This document shows, in pieces, positions 48,488 through 58,485 of a stretch of DNA of 64,000 bases. The notes below the pieces were generated by a model. The model did not search any database, was not told the DNA's origin, and saw only the letters and a program-made list of their open reading frames with translations. The first letter of the stretch is position 1. Each line of letters begins with the position of its first letter. A program made the translations under genes and the position numbers. The stretch comes from an uncultured Bacteroidales bacterium (GTDB taxonomy: Bacteria > Bacteroidota > Bacteroidia > Bacteroidales > FEN-979), in assembly GCA_903828645.1 (NCBI GenBank), contig CAIKNA010000208.1, positions 1,223-65,222 on the forward strand, read 5' to 3'.

Positions 48488-48931
48488 TCAGGGAATAAAA
48501 ATATCCTGTTCCTTATAAAATTCCTTCCCCCCTGAAGACCAGTCGACCTTGACGACATAACGGCCCTTTGATAACCTGTTCAACGGGATGGCCTGGGTTA
48601 AGGAAGTATCAGCCGAAACCGGGAGGATGATGTCAAGCTTTTCATCTGAAGGCCGGTAGATGTTGATATTGCCGGTAAGTTTCTTCCCATGGAAATCAAC
48701 CGGGAACTGCATGACCAGGTTCGATCTGTCGAGTTTCACCTGCAATTGCTCCGTCAGGGCATTGGCATTCCTCATTTTCACAAGTTTCTCCTCATAGCGG
48801 AGCTCCTTCGGATAATAGTCTTCCTCAACCATGTTAAATTTCTGGTGTTGCGCATAAAAGATAAAGGCAACGCATGCGCCCAGAAAAAGAACAATTACGA
48901 TAAAAATACCGGTCCCCCAATTCCACTTCAT
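48488..48931 (-). CDS. ccoH: FixH/CcoH family protein
   Basis: MKWNWGTGI, EDYYPKEL, IYRPSDEKLD; position after ccoG. Confidence 0.85.
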   Translation of the reverse strand: MKWNWGTGIFIVIVLFLGACVAFIFYAQHQKFNMVEEDYYPKELRYEEKLVKMRNANALTEQLQVKLDRSNLVMQFPVDFHGKKLTGNINIYRPSDEKLDIILPVSADTSLTQAIPLNRLSKGRYVVKVDWSSGGKEFYKEQDIFIP

Positions 48932-48937
48932 GAAACA

Positions 48938-50344
48938 CTATTTATTCGGGCCGACAAAAGTCGCCCTGGTTTGGTCAAGTTGCTTTCCACCGGAAAATAT
49001 ACCGATGTCCACTTCTGTTTTACTTCCTGTAAGCCTGCCACGGTCGATCAGAAGGAAGAAAACCACCTCTCCAAGCGATTGCCTGGAAATGACAGGTGCA
49101 TTTCCGATAACCTTCACCTCTCCCGGTCCCGAAAGGAGGCGGATCTCGAGAGGCAGGTCCCTGGCAGTCTTGTTAACGACCTTTACGCTGTATAAATTGC
49201 TTATCTTTCCTCCCTCCTGCTCCTGGAACAACATCCCCGGAGAACGAAGCACCGTAGCCTCAACCGGGTTGCGCGAGACCAGGAAATAGGTGAGCGCAAC
49301 CAGCAAAGCTGCCAGTACGATGGTATAACCGGCAGAACGGATGGTGTAATGCCATGGTTTCTTGTCGGCGATCATCTTTTCTGATGCGTACCTAATCAAG
49401 CCGGGTCGAAACCCGACTTTAGTCATCATGTCATCGCAGGCATCGATGCAGCATGCGCAGTTGATGCACTCAAGTTGCGTACCGTTGCGGATGTCGATCC
49501 CTGTAGGACAAACCGCCACGCATTGGTTGCAGTCGATGCAATCTCCTTTTTTGGTTTCGGCCCTGATCTCGCTTTTCCGAAGCTGTCCCCGCTCCTCTCC
49601 CCTGGCATAATCATAAGAAATTACGACAGTTTCACGGTCCAGCAGCACACCCTGTAACCGGCCATATGGACAAACGATGGTGCACACCTGTTCGCGAAAC
49701 CAGGAGAAGATGAAGTAGAAAATAAATGAAAAGAGAGCCATGCCTGTCAGTCCAGCCAGGTGATTCGCAGGATTTTCCGACACCATTTTCAGCCATTCAT
49801 CCGATCCCATGAGATACATCAGGAAATAGTTGCTGATGATGAAGGAGAGCATGTAAAACAGGCCATGTTTCAACACCCGTCGAAAGATTTTATCCGCGTT
49901 CCACGGCCTGGCAGCCAGCTCCTTCTGGCGATGGGCATCTCCATCGATCCAGTATTCGATGCGGCGGAAGAACACCTCCATGAAAATCGTCTGGGGGCAG
50001 GCCCATCCGCACCATATCCGTCCGTATGTAACGGTAAAGAGAATGATGAAGACCATCAGGGCGATCATGCCGATAAAAAAGAGGTTGAAATCCTGGGGCC
50101 AGAACTGCACGCCGAATATTACAAATGTCCTGTGCAGGAAATTAAAGAGCAGCAGTTGCTGACCGTTGACCTTGATAAAGGGTGCTGAAAAAAAGAACAT
50201 CATCAGCACGATGCCGGTAATATTCCTGGCAGTGGTCAGCGTCCCCTTTGGTTTCTTCGCAAAAACCCAAAGTCGTTTGCCGCTTTCGTCGATGGTATAG
50301 AGCCTGTCGCGAAAGCCGCCGGAGGAATCATCCTGATTTTGCAT
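48938..50344 (-). CDS. ccoG: Cytochrome c oxidase accessory protein CcoG/FixG
   Basis: GRIWCGWACPQT, CTIVCPYGRLQ, CIDCNQCVAVCP, CINCACCIDAC. Confidence 0.95.
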   Translation of the reverse strand: MQNQDDSSGGFRDRLYTIDESGKRLWVFAKKPKGTLTTARNITGIVLMMFFFSAPFIKVNGQQLLLFNFLHRTFVIFGVQFWPQDFNLFFIGMIALMVFIILFTVTYGRIWCGWACPQTIFMEVFFRRIEYWIDGDAHRQKELAARPWNADKIFRRVLKHGLFYMLSFIISNYFLMYLMGSDEWLKMVSENPANHLAGLTGMALFSFIFYFIFSWFREQVCTIVCPYGRLQGVLLDRETVVISYDYARGEERGQLRKSEIRAETKKGDCIDCNQCVAVCPTGIDIRNGTQLECINCACCIDACDDMMTKVGFRPGLIRYASEKMIADKKPWHYTIRSAGYTIVLAALLVALTYFLVSRNPVEATVLRSPGMLFQEQEGGKISNLYSVKVVNKTARDLPLEIRLLSGPGEVKVIGNAPVISRQSLGEVVFFLLIDRGRLTGSKTEVDIGIFSGGKQLDQTRATFVGPNK

Positions 50345-50345
50345 A

Positions 50346-50933
50346 TCACTTGCAGGGCTCGCCCTGCGGTGCTTTGGGATTTGGTGGTGTGGTGCCCTTG
50401 AGCGTCATCACAAAGCTGGCAACCTTTTTGATCTGATCGCCGGTAAGTTGTGTTTTCCAGGAGATCATCCCCTTTTCAGGGGCCCCGTTTGTGATGATGT
50501 TTACCACGTCACCGTAGGCGCAACCATGAATGGAGAAATTGTCGGTAAGGTTCGGTCCAACGAGTCCCTGCCCTCCATCGAGATGACAGACTTTACATTG
50601 TTTCAGCCAGATCTCCTTGCCGGCATCCAGGCTGGCCTGGTCGGTAAGGGCAACAAGGGTTGAGGCATCAACCGGTGCCGGCTGACCGGGGGAAAGCACG
50701 CCGGCCGCAGCCATCTCATTCTTATATTCATCCTGCTGGTAAGGGGCTATTTTGAAAACATCGTAGGCGAAAATATAAACCACCGACCAGACGATGGTGA
50801 TGATGAAGAGCCACACCCACCATTTCGGCAGGTTGTTGTCCAATTCCCTGATGTTGTCATATTCGTGACCCGACAACAGTTTATCACCGGTCAGTTCATC
50901 CTTTTCAACGGTTTTATGTTCGTTCATTTCCAT
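50346..50933 (-). CDS. ccoP: cbb3 oxidase subunit III (short, monoheme)
   Basis: HEYDNIRELDNNLPKWW, CKVCH, GPNLTD, KGMISW. Confidence 0.92.
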   Translation of the reverse strand: MEMNEHKTVEKDELTGDKLLSGHEYDNIRELDNNLPKWWVWLFIITIVWSVVYIFAYDVFKIAPYQQDEYKNEMAAAGVLSPGQPAPVDASTLVALTDQASLDAGKEIWLKQCKVCHLDGGQGLVGPNLTDNFSIHGCAYGDVVNIITNGAPEKGMISWKTQLTGDQIKKVASFVMTLKGTTPPNPKAPQGEPCK

Positions 50934-50944
50934 AGAAAATATTA

Positions 50945-51136
50945 TTAAATATCCTGAATTTCATCTGATTCCTTTGAAAAATCTTCCAGGGGCATGCGGC
51001 TGAAATCCTCCACATCCTTGCTTTTTATTGAAAAGGTGTGAAGAAGCAGGAGGGCAAAGAAAACCACGAAAAATATCATGGAAAACAACCCGTAACTTTC
51101 AATGCCCCCAACTGTTTTAAAAATATCGCGCAGCAT
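50945..51136 (-). CDS. ccoQ: cbb3 oxidase small subunit CcoQ/FixQ
   Basis: 63 aa, single TM, SRMPLE; between ccoNO and ccoP. Confidence 0.8.
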   Translation of the reverse strand: MLRDIFKTVGGIESYGLFSMIFFVVFFALLLLHTFSIKSKDVEDFSRMPLEDFSKESDEIQDI

Positions 51137-51144
51137 GTTCCCGG

Positions 51145-53304
51145 TTATTTACCTGTGATGGTCGCAGTTGGCATACCGGCAGCATGGACATCCTTGCCCA
51201 GCCTCTGCAGGTAAGCAATCATGGCGATGATCTCCTTGGTAGGCTCAACCTGGATGCCCTGGCTCTTCAGGTCGTCTGCAATTCCCTTTGCCTGGATCAT
51301 AAGGTCATCATTGGCGATTTTATCGTATCCTGCCGGATAGGGCACACCGAGAAACTGCATCACACGGATCTTCTTCGCGGTAGTGGAGAGATCAAGATCA
51401 TCGGTGATCAGCCACTTGTAAACCGGCATGATCGACTGTTCGTTCAACCGCTGAGGGTTCAGCATGTGGTTGTAGTGCCATGAGTTGGGTTTATACTGCC
51501 GGCCGTTTACGACTCCCTCCCTTGACAGGTCCGGCCCGTTGCGTTTAGAACCCCACTGAAACGGATGATCATATACATATTCGCCGGCTTTGGCATATTC
51601 ACCGTATCGTTCCGTTTCAGACCTGAAAGGCCTGACTTGCTGTGAATGACACGTATAGCATCCTTCGCGTACATAGATGTCGCGGCCCTGCAATTCCAGA
51701 GGCGTGTATGGTTTTACACTCGCAATGGTGGGAATGTTTGTTTTTACCAGGTACAGCGGCACAATTTCTATGAGCCCCCCGATCAGAATGGCAACCAGAG
51801 CCACGAGGATAAACTGGACAGGCCTGCGCTCAAGCCAGCGGTGGATTCCTTCGCCTGAGCCGCGTTTGCCTTGTGTCTTAGCCAATGCAGGAGCCGATGC
51901 CGCCTCTTCGGGCAGGAATTTCCCGGCCCTGACGGTCAGGATGAGGTTGTAAATTCCAAGTACGATACCCACGATATACAGCCCTCCCCCGATGGCACGG
52001 GTGGCATACATGGGCTTCAGCTGGGTAACGGTTTCCAGGAAATTAGGGTATTTGAGGAATCCGTCGGCAGTAAATTCTTTCCACATGGAAGCCTGGGTAA
52101 TGGCGCCCCAGTATAAAGGGACGGCATAAAAAATGATTCCAAGAGTACCGATCCAGAAGTGAAGATTTGCAATTTTCCTGGAATACAACTGGGTTTGAAA
52201 CATCCTGGGAATCAGATAATAAAGCACAGCGAAGGTTAGAAAACCATTCCATCCGAGTGCACCGATGTGGGCGTGGCCCACAGTCCAGTCGGTAAAATGA
52301 GAAATCGCATTCACCGTTTTGGTCGACATCATCGGACCTTCGAAGGTCGACATTCCGTAAGCAGTGACAGCCACAACCATGAACTTCAGCACAGGATCCT
52401 CACGAACACGGTCCCATGCGCCACGCAAGGTAAGCAGTCCGTTGACCATTCCTCCCCATGACGGGGCGATGAGCATCACCGAGAAAACGACTCCCAGCGA
52501 TTGGGCCCACCCCGGCAAAGCGCTGTACAAAAGATGGTGAGGGCCTGCCCATATATAGAGAAAGATCAGCGCCCAGAAATGGACGATCGACAACCGATAA
52601 GAGTAAATAGGGCGGTTGGCAGCTTTGGGTAGGAAATAGTACATCAATCCCAGGAATGGGGTTGTCAGGAAAAATGCAACCGCGTTGTGGCCGTACCACC
52701 ACTGGACCAGCGCATCCTGTACCCCGGCATAGATGGGATAGCTTTTAAAAAGGTTCACGGGGATTGCGAGGCTGTTGGTAACGTGCAACACCGTAATGGT
52801 CACGAAGGTGGCCAGGTAAAACCAGATGGCAACATAGATATGCTGGGTTCTGCGTTTGAGGATCGTTCCGATCATGTTGGCGCCAAAAACCAGCCATATC
52901 ACGGCCACAAGAATGTCGATGGGCCATTCCAGCTCGGCATACTCCTTGCCGGTGGTCATCCCGCATGCAAAAGTCACAGCTGCCAGCACGATGATGAGTT
53001 GCCAGCCCCAGAAGTTTATCTTGCTCAGCAGGTCGTTGAACATCCTGGCTTTGCAAAGCCGTTGGAGGGAATAGTAAATCCCTGTAAACATCCCGTTGCC
53101 GACAAATGCAAATATGACTGCATTCGTATGGATCGGCCGGATACGGCCAAAAGTGGTATACGGGATACCGAAAGTAAGCGCTGGCCAGATGAATTGCAAC
53201 GCCAGTAACAGTCCGACAACCATACCGACCACACCCCAGAAGAGTGTGGCATAGGCAAAGTTTTTTACAATTTTGTTGTCATAGTAAAATGTCTGATTTT
53301 CCAT
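51145..53304 (-). CDS. ccoN: cbb3 oxidase fused subunit I/II (CcoN-CcoO)
   Basis: RPIHTN, QWWYGHNAVAF, WAGPHHL, GHAHIG; C-terminal CYTCHSQ and WGSKRNGPDL. Confidence 0.97.
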   Translation of the reverse strand: MENQTFYYDNKIVKNFAYATLFWGVVGMVVGLLLALQFIWPALTFGIPYTTFGRIRPIHTNAVIFAFVGNGMFTGIYYSLQRLCKARMFNDLLSKINFWGWQLIIVLAAVTFACGMTTGKEYAELEWPIDILVAVIWLVFGANMIGTILKRRTQHIYVAIWFYLATFVTITVLHVTNSLAIPVNLFKSYPIYAGVQDALVQWWYGHNAVAFFLTTPFLGLMYYFLPKAANRPIYSYRLSIVHFWALIFLYIWAGPHHLLYSALPGWAQSLGVVFSVMLIAPSWGGMVNGLLTLRGAWDRVREDPVLKFMVVAVTAYGMSTFEGPMMSTKTVNAISHFTDWTVGHAHIGALGWNGFLTFAVLYYLIPRMFQTQLYSRKIANLHFWIGTLGIIFYAVPLYWGAITQASMWKEFTADGFLKYPNFLETVTQLKPMYATRAIGGGLYIVGIVLGIYNLILTVRAGKFLPEEAASAPALAKTQGKRGSGEGIHRWLERRPVQFILVALVAILIGGLIEIVPLYLVKTNIPTIASVKPYTPLELQGRDIYVREGCYTCHSQQVRPFRSETERYGEYAKAGEYVYDHPFQWGSKRNGPDLSREGVVNGRQYKPNSWHYNHMLNPQRLNEQSIMPVYKWLITDDLDLSTTAKKIRVMQFLGVPYPAGYDKIANDDLMIQAKGIADDLKSQGIQVEPTKEIIAMIAYLQRLGKDVHAAGMPTATITGK

Positions 53305-53307
53305 ATG

Positions 53308-53517
53308 TTATTGGTTTGGTAATTGTTCATTCATCAATTTGGCTGCCGGGGTTGCCTGTTCGGTTGTTTCCCGGGGTTTATCATCGTCAAAAAGTATTCT
53401 GACCGAAGCGCTGTATGTATCGTCGTATTGTCCGTTGCGCACCGACCAGAAAAACGCTGCCAGGAAACCGCCGGCAAGCACCACACTAAAAGCAACAAGG
53501 ACAAGGATTACACTCAT
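53308..53517 (-). CDS. ccoS: cbb3 oxidase assembly protein CcoS
   Basis: FFWSVRNGQYDD...RILFDD. Confidence 0.92.
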   Translation of the reverse strand: MSVILVLVAFSVVLAGGFLAAFFWSVRNGQYDDTYSASVRILFDDDKPRETTEQATPAAKLMNEQLPNQ

Positions 53518-53617
53518 ATTATTTCTCCTGAAGGCAAAATAAAGATTAAAGTATCAAATTTCCAAAATAGCAGCAGTGAAATACCTCGAATTCAAGAAAT
53601 TTATATTCAGTCTAAAT

Positions 53618-56050
53618 TCATGATCTTCCTTCAAACTTACTAAAACGGGCTGATACAAAAACAGATAGCGTAACAAAAGCAACAATTGTTACGGAACTCA
53701 GGGGCATGAGAATGGCGGAGACCACCGGTGACAAATTGCCCGTGATGGCAAAGCTCAAACCGACAACGTTGTACAAAAAGGAGAGCCCCATGCTGATGAA
53801 GACAATCCTCATGCTGGTGCGGCTAAAATCAAGGAAGTAAGGAAGGTGGCTGAACCGTCCCGACTCCAGGATGGCATCGCAGGCAGGTGAAAAATGGTAG
53901 ATGTCGTCGGCAATGGAGATCCCGCAATCGCTTTCTCGCAGGGCGCCTGCATCATTCAGCCCATCGCCGATCATGAGAACCTTTTTTCCCCGGGCTTTCA
54001 AATCGCGGATATATTCGAGTTTCTCCCTGGGCGATTTATTAAAATTCAAATGGTCTCTGGAAGGGAAAAAAGCCAGGAGATTTGGCAATTCGGCATCGTT
54101 ATCACCCGAAAGAAGGTGCAGCTCATACCGCGTTGCAAGTTCCTCCAGAACCTCCTTCATCCCCTCGCGGTATTGGTTGCTGATCCCGATAAACCCTGCT
54201 ATTTCATCGTCAAAGGCGACAAAAACACGACCACCGGCGGCCGTCATGGTCTTCGTTCCTGTGACAAATTCCTCAGAACCGATCTTCAGAAAATGGCCCT
54301 GCACATGGCCTTCAATGCCTTTGGCCGGCACCTCGTTAAACCCAGTAACCGGGAGCGGGGCAAATCCCTGTAGCTGCCTGTATATGGCGACACTGGCGGG
54401 ATGGGTTGAATGCCGCACCAGGGAGGAGATACAATGCAGTTGATCGTGTGAAACGGCAAGCGAGCCGAAATCAGCACCAAAACCATCGTTGCGCGTGATG
54501 GTGCCGGTTTTATCAAATACGATGGTATCAATCCTGGAGAGCGCCTCAACCACCCCGGTTCTCTTGAGATAAAAATTATTCCGCCCGAAAACCCGCATGG
54601 CGCCGCCCAGCGAAAAGGGGTAGGTCATGGCAAGCGCACAGGGGCAGGCTACGATTAGAATGGCTGTGACCACCAGGAAGGCCATGGAGGGGTTGTAACA
54701 CCACCAGAATATCCCCGAAACCGTGGAAAGGAGAAGGATCATCACGGTAAAATACCTGCTGATCACATCCAGGATGGAATCCCAACGGGTCGATTTTTCC
54801 ATGCCAGCCATGTCCTGGTTCCAAAGTTCGGTAAGGTGACTCTGGGCTACTTCACGTTCCACGATCAGTTCTATGGAAGCGCCAGCCTGGCGCCCACCGG
54901 CAAAGATGCGCTCGCCTTCTTTCCTGGCTACCGGCGACGACTCCCCGCTCACGAAACTGTAATCAATGGAGCCATCACCCTTTACCAGCAAGGCGTCAGC
55001 CGGCACCAGTTCCTGGTTTCTGACCAGTATCCGCATCCCGGTCTTCAGGTTTTTGATGGGAATGATCGATTCGGAACCCGAATCAGCGATGATGGTTACC
55101 GCTACCGGAAAATAGGAGCGATAATCCCGTTCAAAAGATAGTGCCTGGTAGGTCTTATCCTGGTACCAGCGCCCGATGGAGAGAAAAAAGACAAGCCCTG
55201 CCAGTGAATCCATAAACCCTGCACCCGTTCCGGAGATGATTTCATAGGCACTGCGAAAAAAAAGAACGAGAATTCCAATGGCAATGGGTACATCAATACT
55301 AACAAACTTCTTTTTCAATCCTTTATAGGCAGAAATGAGAAATACCGACCCTGAATAAAAAGCCACCGGTATGCCAAACAGGATGTTGAGCAACCCGAAA
55401 TTCTGACGCAACAGGTTCTCCACAGCATCATTCACACTGAGGTAACCCGGAAAGCTGAAAAGCATGATATTCCCAAAACAGAACCCTGCAACACCCAGCC
55501 GGTAATAGATCCCGCGGTTGATTTTGCGTTTTGCCTCCTTCTGAAGTGTATCGGTTGTGAGCTGAGGGATATAATTGACAGCGGCCAGCATCTCGATCAG
55601 CTGTCGTAATGATATCCTGGCATCATGAAAGGTGATGACGACCTCCTTTTTAACAAAATTAACGGATGAGTGTATCACCCCGTCGTTAAGCCGCTGAAGG
55701 TTCTCCAGCAGCCAGATGCAGGAACTGCAGTGAATGGCAGGGATGAACAACCTGACTTTGCTTACCCCATCCCCGGTAAACTCCAGCAAATCCCCGCGGA
55801 TCTCCTCGTTGTCGAGATAGGCATACCTGCTGCCAACTTCTCCGTTGCCCGCTTTAAGACCGGGATGAACCTCGTATTTATAATAGTCGCAGGCATTGCT
55901 TTGGCTCAGTATCTCATACACCATTTTACAACCGTTGCAGCAAAAAAGCTTCTCCCGGAAACTGATGGGTACAGTTCCGCAATCCTCCCCGCAATGGTAG
56001 CATTCGTTGGTGTTTTTTGCCGTCTCACGGCCAGCTGTATTTTCAGTCAT
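53618..56050 (-). CDS. ccoI: Cu-translocating P1B-type ATPase CcoI/FixI
   Basis: CYHCG..C, FCCNGC, HCSSC, ACPCAL, DKTGT, GDGLNDA; start at ATG 56050. Confidence 0.93.
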   Translation of the reverse strand: MTENTAGRETAKNTNECYHCGEDCGTVPISFREKLFCCNGCKMVYEILSQSNACDYYKYEVHPGLKAGNGEVGSRYAYLDNEEIRGDLLEFTGDGVSKVRLFIPAIHCSSCIWLLENLQRLNDGVIHSSVNFVKKEVVITFHDARISLRQLIEMLAAVNYIPQLTTDTLQKEAKRKINRGIYYRLGVAGFCFGNIMLFSFPGYLSVNDAVENLLRQNFGLLNILFGIPVAFYSGSVFLISAYKGLKKKFVSIDVPIAIGILVLFFRSAYEIISGTGAGFMDSLAGLVFFLSIGRWYQDKTYQALSFERDYRSYFPVAVTIIADSGSESIIPIKNLKTGMRILVRNQELVPADALLVKGDGSIDYSFVSGESSPVARKEGERIFAGGRQAGASIELIVEREVAQSHLTELWNQDMAGMEKSTRWDSILDVISRYFTVMILLLSTVSGIFWWCYNPSMAFLVVTAILIVACPCALAMTYPFSLGGAMRVFGRNNFYLKRTGVVEALSRIDTIVFDKTGTITRNDGFGADFGSLAVSHDQLHCISSLVRHSTHPASVAIYRQLQGFAPLPVTGFNEVPAKGIEGHVQGHFLKIGSEEFVTGTKTMTAAGGRVFVAFDDEIAGFIGISNQYREGMKEVLEELATRYELHLLSGDNDAELPNLLAFFPSRDHLNFNKSPREKLEYIRDLKARGKKVLMIGDGLNDAGALRESDCGISIADDIYHFSPACDAILESGRFSHLPYFLDFSRTSMRIVFISMGLSFLYNVVGLSFAITGNLSPVVSAILMPLSSVTIVAFVTLSVFVSARFSKFEGRS

Positions 56051-56302
56051 AAATTGAAGGCCTCCAATATCAGGCCGCCGCAAAATTAAACAAAACACTC
56101 CTGTTTTTCAGACTTCACTATGGAGCGAAAATATAGAAACCGGGTGCAACCCGGAATCATTCATCCATATTTTTCTATTATTTCATATATGACATTTCCC
56201 TTAAATATGACCAAATATGGAATAATATTAACTGTTTATCATGCCTTTATTATTCTCTTATCCTAATATTAACATAATTTTTTGTTAAAATTTGTTAATT
56301 TT

Positions 56303-56334
56303 CTTGACATGAAAAAAAAAGCATACTACTTTTG
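56303..56334 (+). promoter_or_regulatory. Promoter of the protease cassette: CTTGACAT-N16-TACTTTTG
   Basis: Bacteroidota -33/-7 layout; the spacer contains an A9 tract. Confidence 0.6.
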
Positions 56335-56395
56335 TCCCGTAATTAGATTGAGTCTTCTTAAGTTAAATTATCAACAGGTTACCAGTTGATTGACA

Positions 56396-56433
56396 ATTGA
56401 CGGCGCAGCTGAAAACCGTTAATAGAGTAAGCA
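56396..56433 (+). ncRNA. Candidate cis-regulatory leader RNA (H-type pseudoknot), copy 2
   Basis: ATTGACGG-CGCAGCTGAAAA-CCGTTAAT-AGAGTAAGCA: 8-bp stem, 12-nt loop, and a tail able to pair with the loop. It ends 27 nt before the ATG. Confidence 0.5.
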
Positions 56434-56460
56434 AAACACCAACCACTAAATCATAAGCAA

Positions 56461-57258
56461 ATGAAAAAAGAAAAAACCGCAACACCGGAGTACAATTTTG
56501 GCTGGGTGCCCGACCTGCCTGATGCCAGGGATTTAATCTACTCTGCCACCCTTTCGGTAATGAAAAAATTAGCTTCAAAAGTTGATTTGAGAAGCAAATG
56601 TCCTCCGGTTTACGATCAGGGGCAATTGGGCAGTTGTACTGCAAACGGCCTGGGTGCAGCCTTTCAGTTTGAACAAATAAAACAAGCCATCCCCGATTGG
56701 GTTCCCTCCCGCTTATTTATTTATTACAACGAAAGGGTGCTGATGAATACCGTGAATTCCGACAGCGGTGCATACATTCGCGACGGCATCAAGACCATGA
56801 ATAAGCAGGGAGTGTGTGCGGAAAAAAACTGGCCCTATGACACTGTAAAATTCACCCAAAAACCACCGGCACTGTGCTATAGCAAAGCAATGACAAACCA
56901 GGTGCTTAGCTATATGAGAGTGAACAACGGAAGCCTGAACCAACTGCAGTCCTGCCTTTCTTCAGGTTTCCCGATCGTATTTGGTTTCTCGGTTTATGAA
57001 AGCTTCAGGAGCATTGGCAAAAACGGGATCATGCCGATGCCAAAACCCACCGAACAAATGCTTGGCGGTCACTGTGTCATGGCTGTGGGCTATGATGATG
57101 CCAAACACATGTTTATTGTCAGGAACAGCTGGGGACCTTCATGGGGCGACAAGGGATATTTCTACATGCCTTATGCCTATATCACCGACACGGCCCGTTG
57201 CGATGATTTCTGGACCATCAGGATGGTTGAACAAGGGGTGGCTGTTAAGAAAAAGTAA
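56461..57258 (+). CDS. Papain-like C1A cysteine protease (xylellain-type), no signal peptide
   Basis: GWVPDLPDARD, VDLR, DQGQLGSCTAN (Gln/Cys), SRLFIYYNER, GGHCV (His), RNSWG (Asn), WGDKGYFYMPY. Confidence 0.93.
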   Translation: MKKEKTATPEYNFGWVPDLPDARDLIYSATLSVMKKLASKVDLRSKCPPVYDQGQLGSCTANGLGAAFQFEQIKQAIPDWVPSRLFIYYNERVLMNTVNSDSGAYIRDGIKTMNKQGVCAEKNWPYDTVKFTQKPPALCYSKAMTNQVLSYMRVNNGSLNQLQSCLSSGFPIVFGFSVYESFRSIGKNGIMPMPKPTEQMLGGHCVMAVGYDDAKHMFIVRNSWGPSWGDKGYFYMPYAYITDTARCDDFWTIRMVEQGVAVKKK

Positions 57259-57343
57259 GCTTATTCCATGCCATATTCTTCTATTTGCGTATATGGTACA
57301 ATTTGCTTTCTGAAATAATTAAACGAATAATATAACCTTAAAG

Positions 57344-58420
57344 ATGAAAAAAATGGCAAATCAACTGAAAAAACCAGAAGATCACGATCACGGATTCATC
57401 GGTTGTTGCATCAAACAGCTGCCAAAGGAGCAATGGGTGGCTGCAGCTGCAAAAGCGATTGAGATCAATCCAAACAATGCCCCGGCCCTTCACCTCCTTA
57501 AACTGGCCATGCCGGATGCTGTTCTTCAGCCTGAACACCTTGCGGTGGTCACCACCAAGTATTGGGGAAGCGGCGGAGTACAACTGACCGTCGGGTTTCT
57601 AGATAATCCACCTGCAGCGCTCCGGACACGCATCCTGTCGCACATGAATGCCTGGGGCGCTTACGCAAATGTCCGTTTTGTCGAATCATCGGTCAATCCG
57701 CAGGTCCGTATAAACAGGGGTGCCGGAGGCGGCTATTGGTCTTACCTCGGTACGGATATTCTCAACATCCCTGCAAACCAGGCGACCATGAACCTGGACA
57801 GTTTTTCGATGACCACAGCCGATTCTGAATTCTACCGGGTAATACGTCATGAAACAGGCCACACACTCGGGTTTCCCCACGAACACATGCGCAGTGAAAT
57901 TGTCAATGCTATCGACTATGAGAAAGCCATTGCCTATTTCATGGCTTCCCAGGGCTGGTCGCGGGACAAGGTGATCGCACAGGTACTTACCCCCCTGGAT
58001 CAATCATCGCTGATTGCAACTGCACAAGCCGATCCCAATTCGATCATGTGTTACTGGCTGCCCGGATCGATCATGAAAAATGGCATCGCCATTCCGGGAG
58101 GTACAAACATTGACACACAGGACGGCCAATTTGCAGGTCTTGTATACCCCAGAAACAGCGGGTTGTTCTCCACCTATTATACCTGGCGGGGATGCGGGAC
58201 CGTGAACCTGAACATCACAAATTCAAACATTCATGCCGGGTCTGCTGTCTATGCCGCCATAAGCGAGTATACCAGCAACCCCAGGCAAACCAGGTTTATC
58301 GGTTCGGCAAGAATGGGAATTTGCAACATTTCGCCTTATGAAGGCGGCGTGCATATCTGGGCGGAGATCAATTGGTCCAGTCCAATCAATGTATGCATCG
58401 ACCTGGCGGTTCGCTCCTGA
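57344..58420 (+). CDS. Astacin-like (M12A-related) metzincin with an unrecognised C-terminal ~80-aa domain, no signal peptide
   Basis: HETGHTLGFPHEH (HExxHxxGxxH), WSYLGTD, Met-turn SIMCY. The C-terminal domain starts at TWRGCG (58181). Confidence 0.88.
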   Translation: MKKMANQLKKPEDHDHGFIGCCIKQLPKEQWVAAAAKAIEINPNNAPALHLLKLAMPDAVLQPEHLAVVTTKYWGSGGVQLTVGFLDNPPAALRTRILSHMNAWGAYANVRFVESSVNPQVRINRGAGGGYWSYLGTDILNIPANQATMNLDSFSMTTADSEFYRVIRHETGHTLGFPHEHMRSEIVNAIDYEKAIAYFMASQGWSRDKVIAQVLTPLDQSSLIATAQADPNSIMCYWLPGSIMKNGIAIPGGTNIDTQDGQFAGLVYPRNSGLFSTYYTWRGCGTVNLNITNSNIHAGSAVYAAISEYTSNPRQTRFIGSARMGICNISPYEGGVHIWAEINWSSPINVCIDLAVRS

Positions 58421-58485
58421 TGAGCAGGTTATCACCAATCATTATGAATGAATATTTTTAAATTAACAACTTAAATATTTATACA

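Noticed and set aside
53544-53557. FNR box upstream of ccoS
   Set aside because: Only one TTGAT half-site on the minus strand; the second half does not match.
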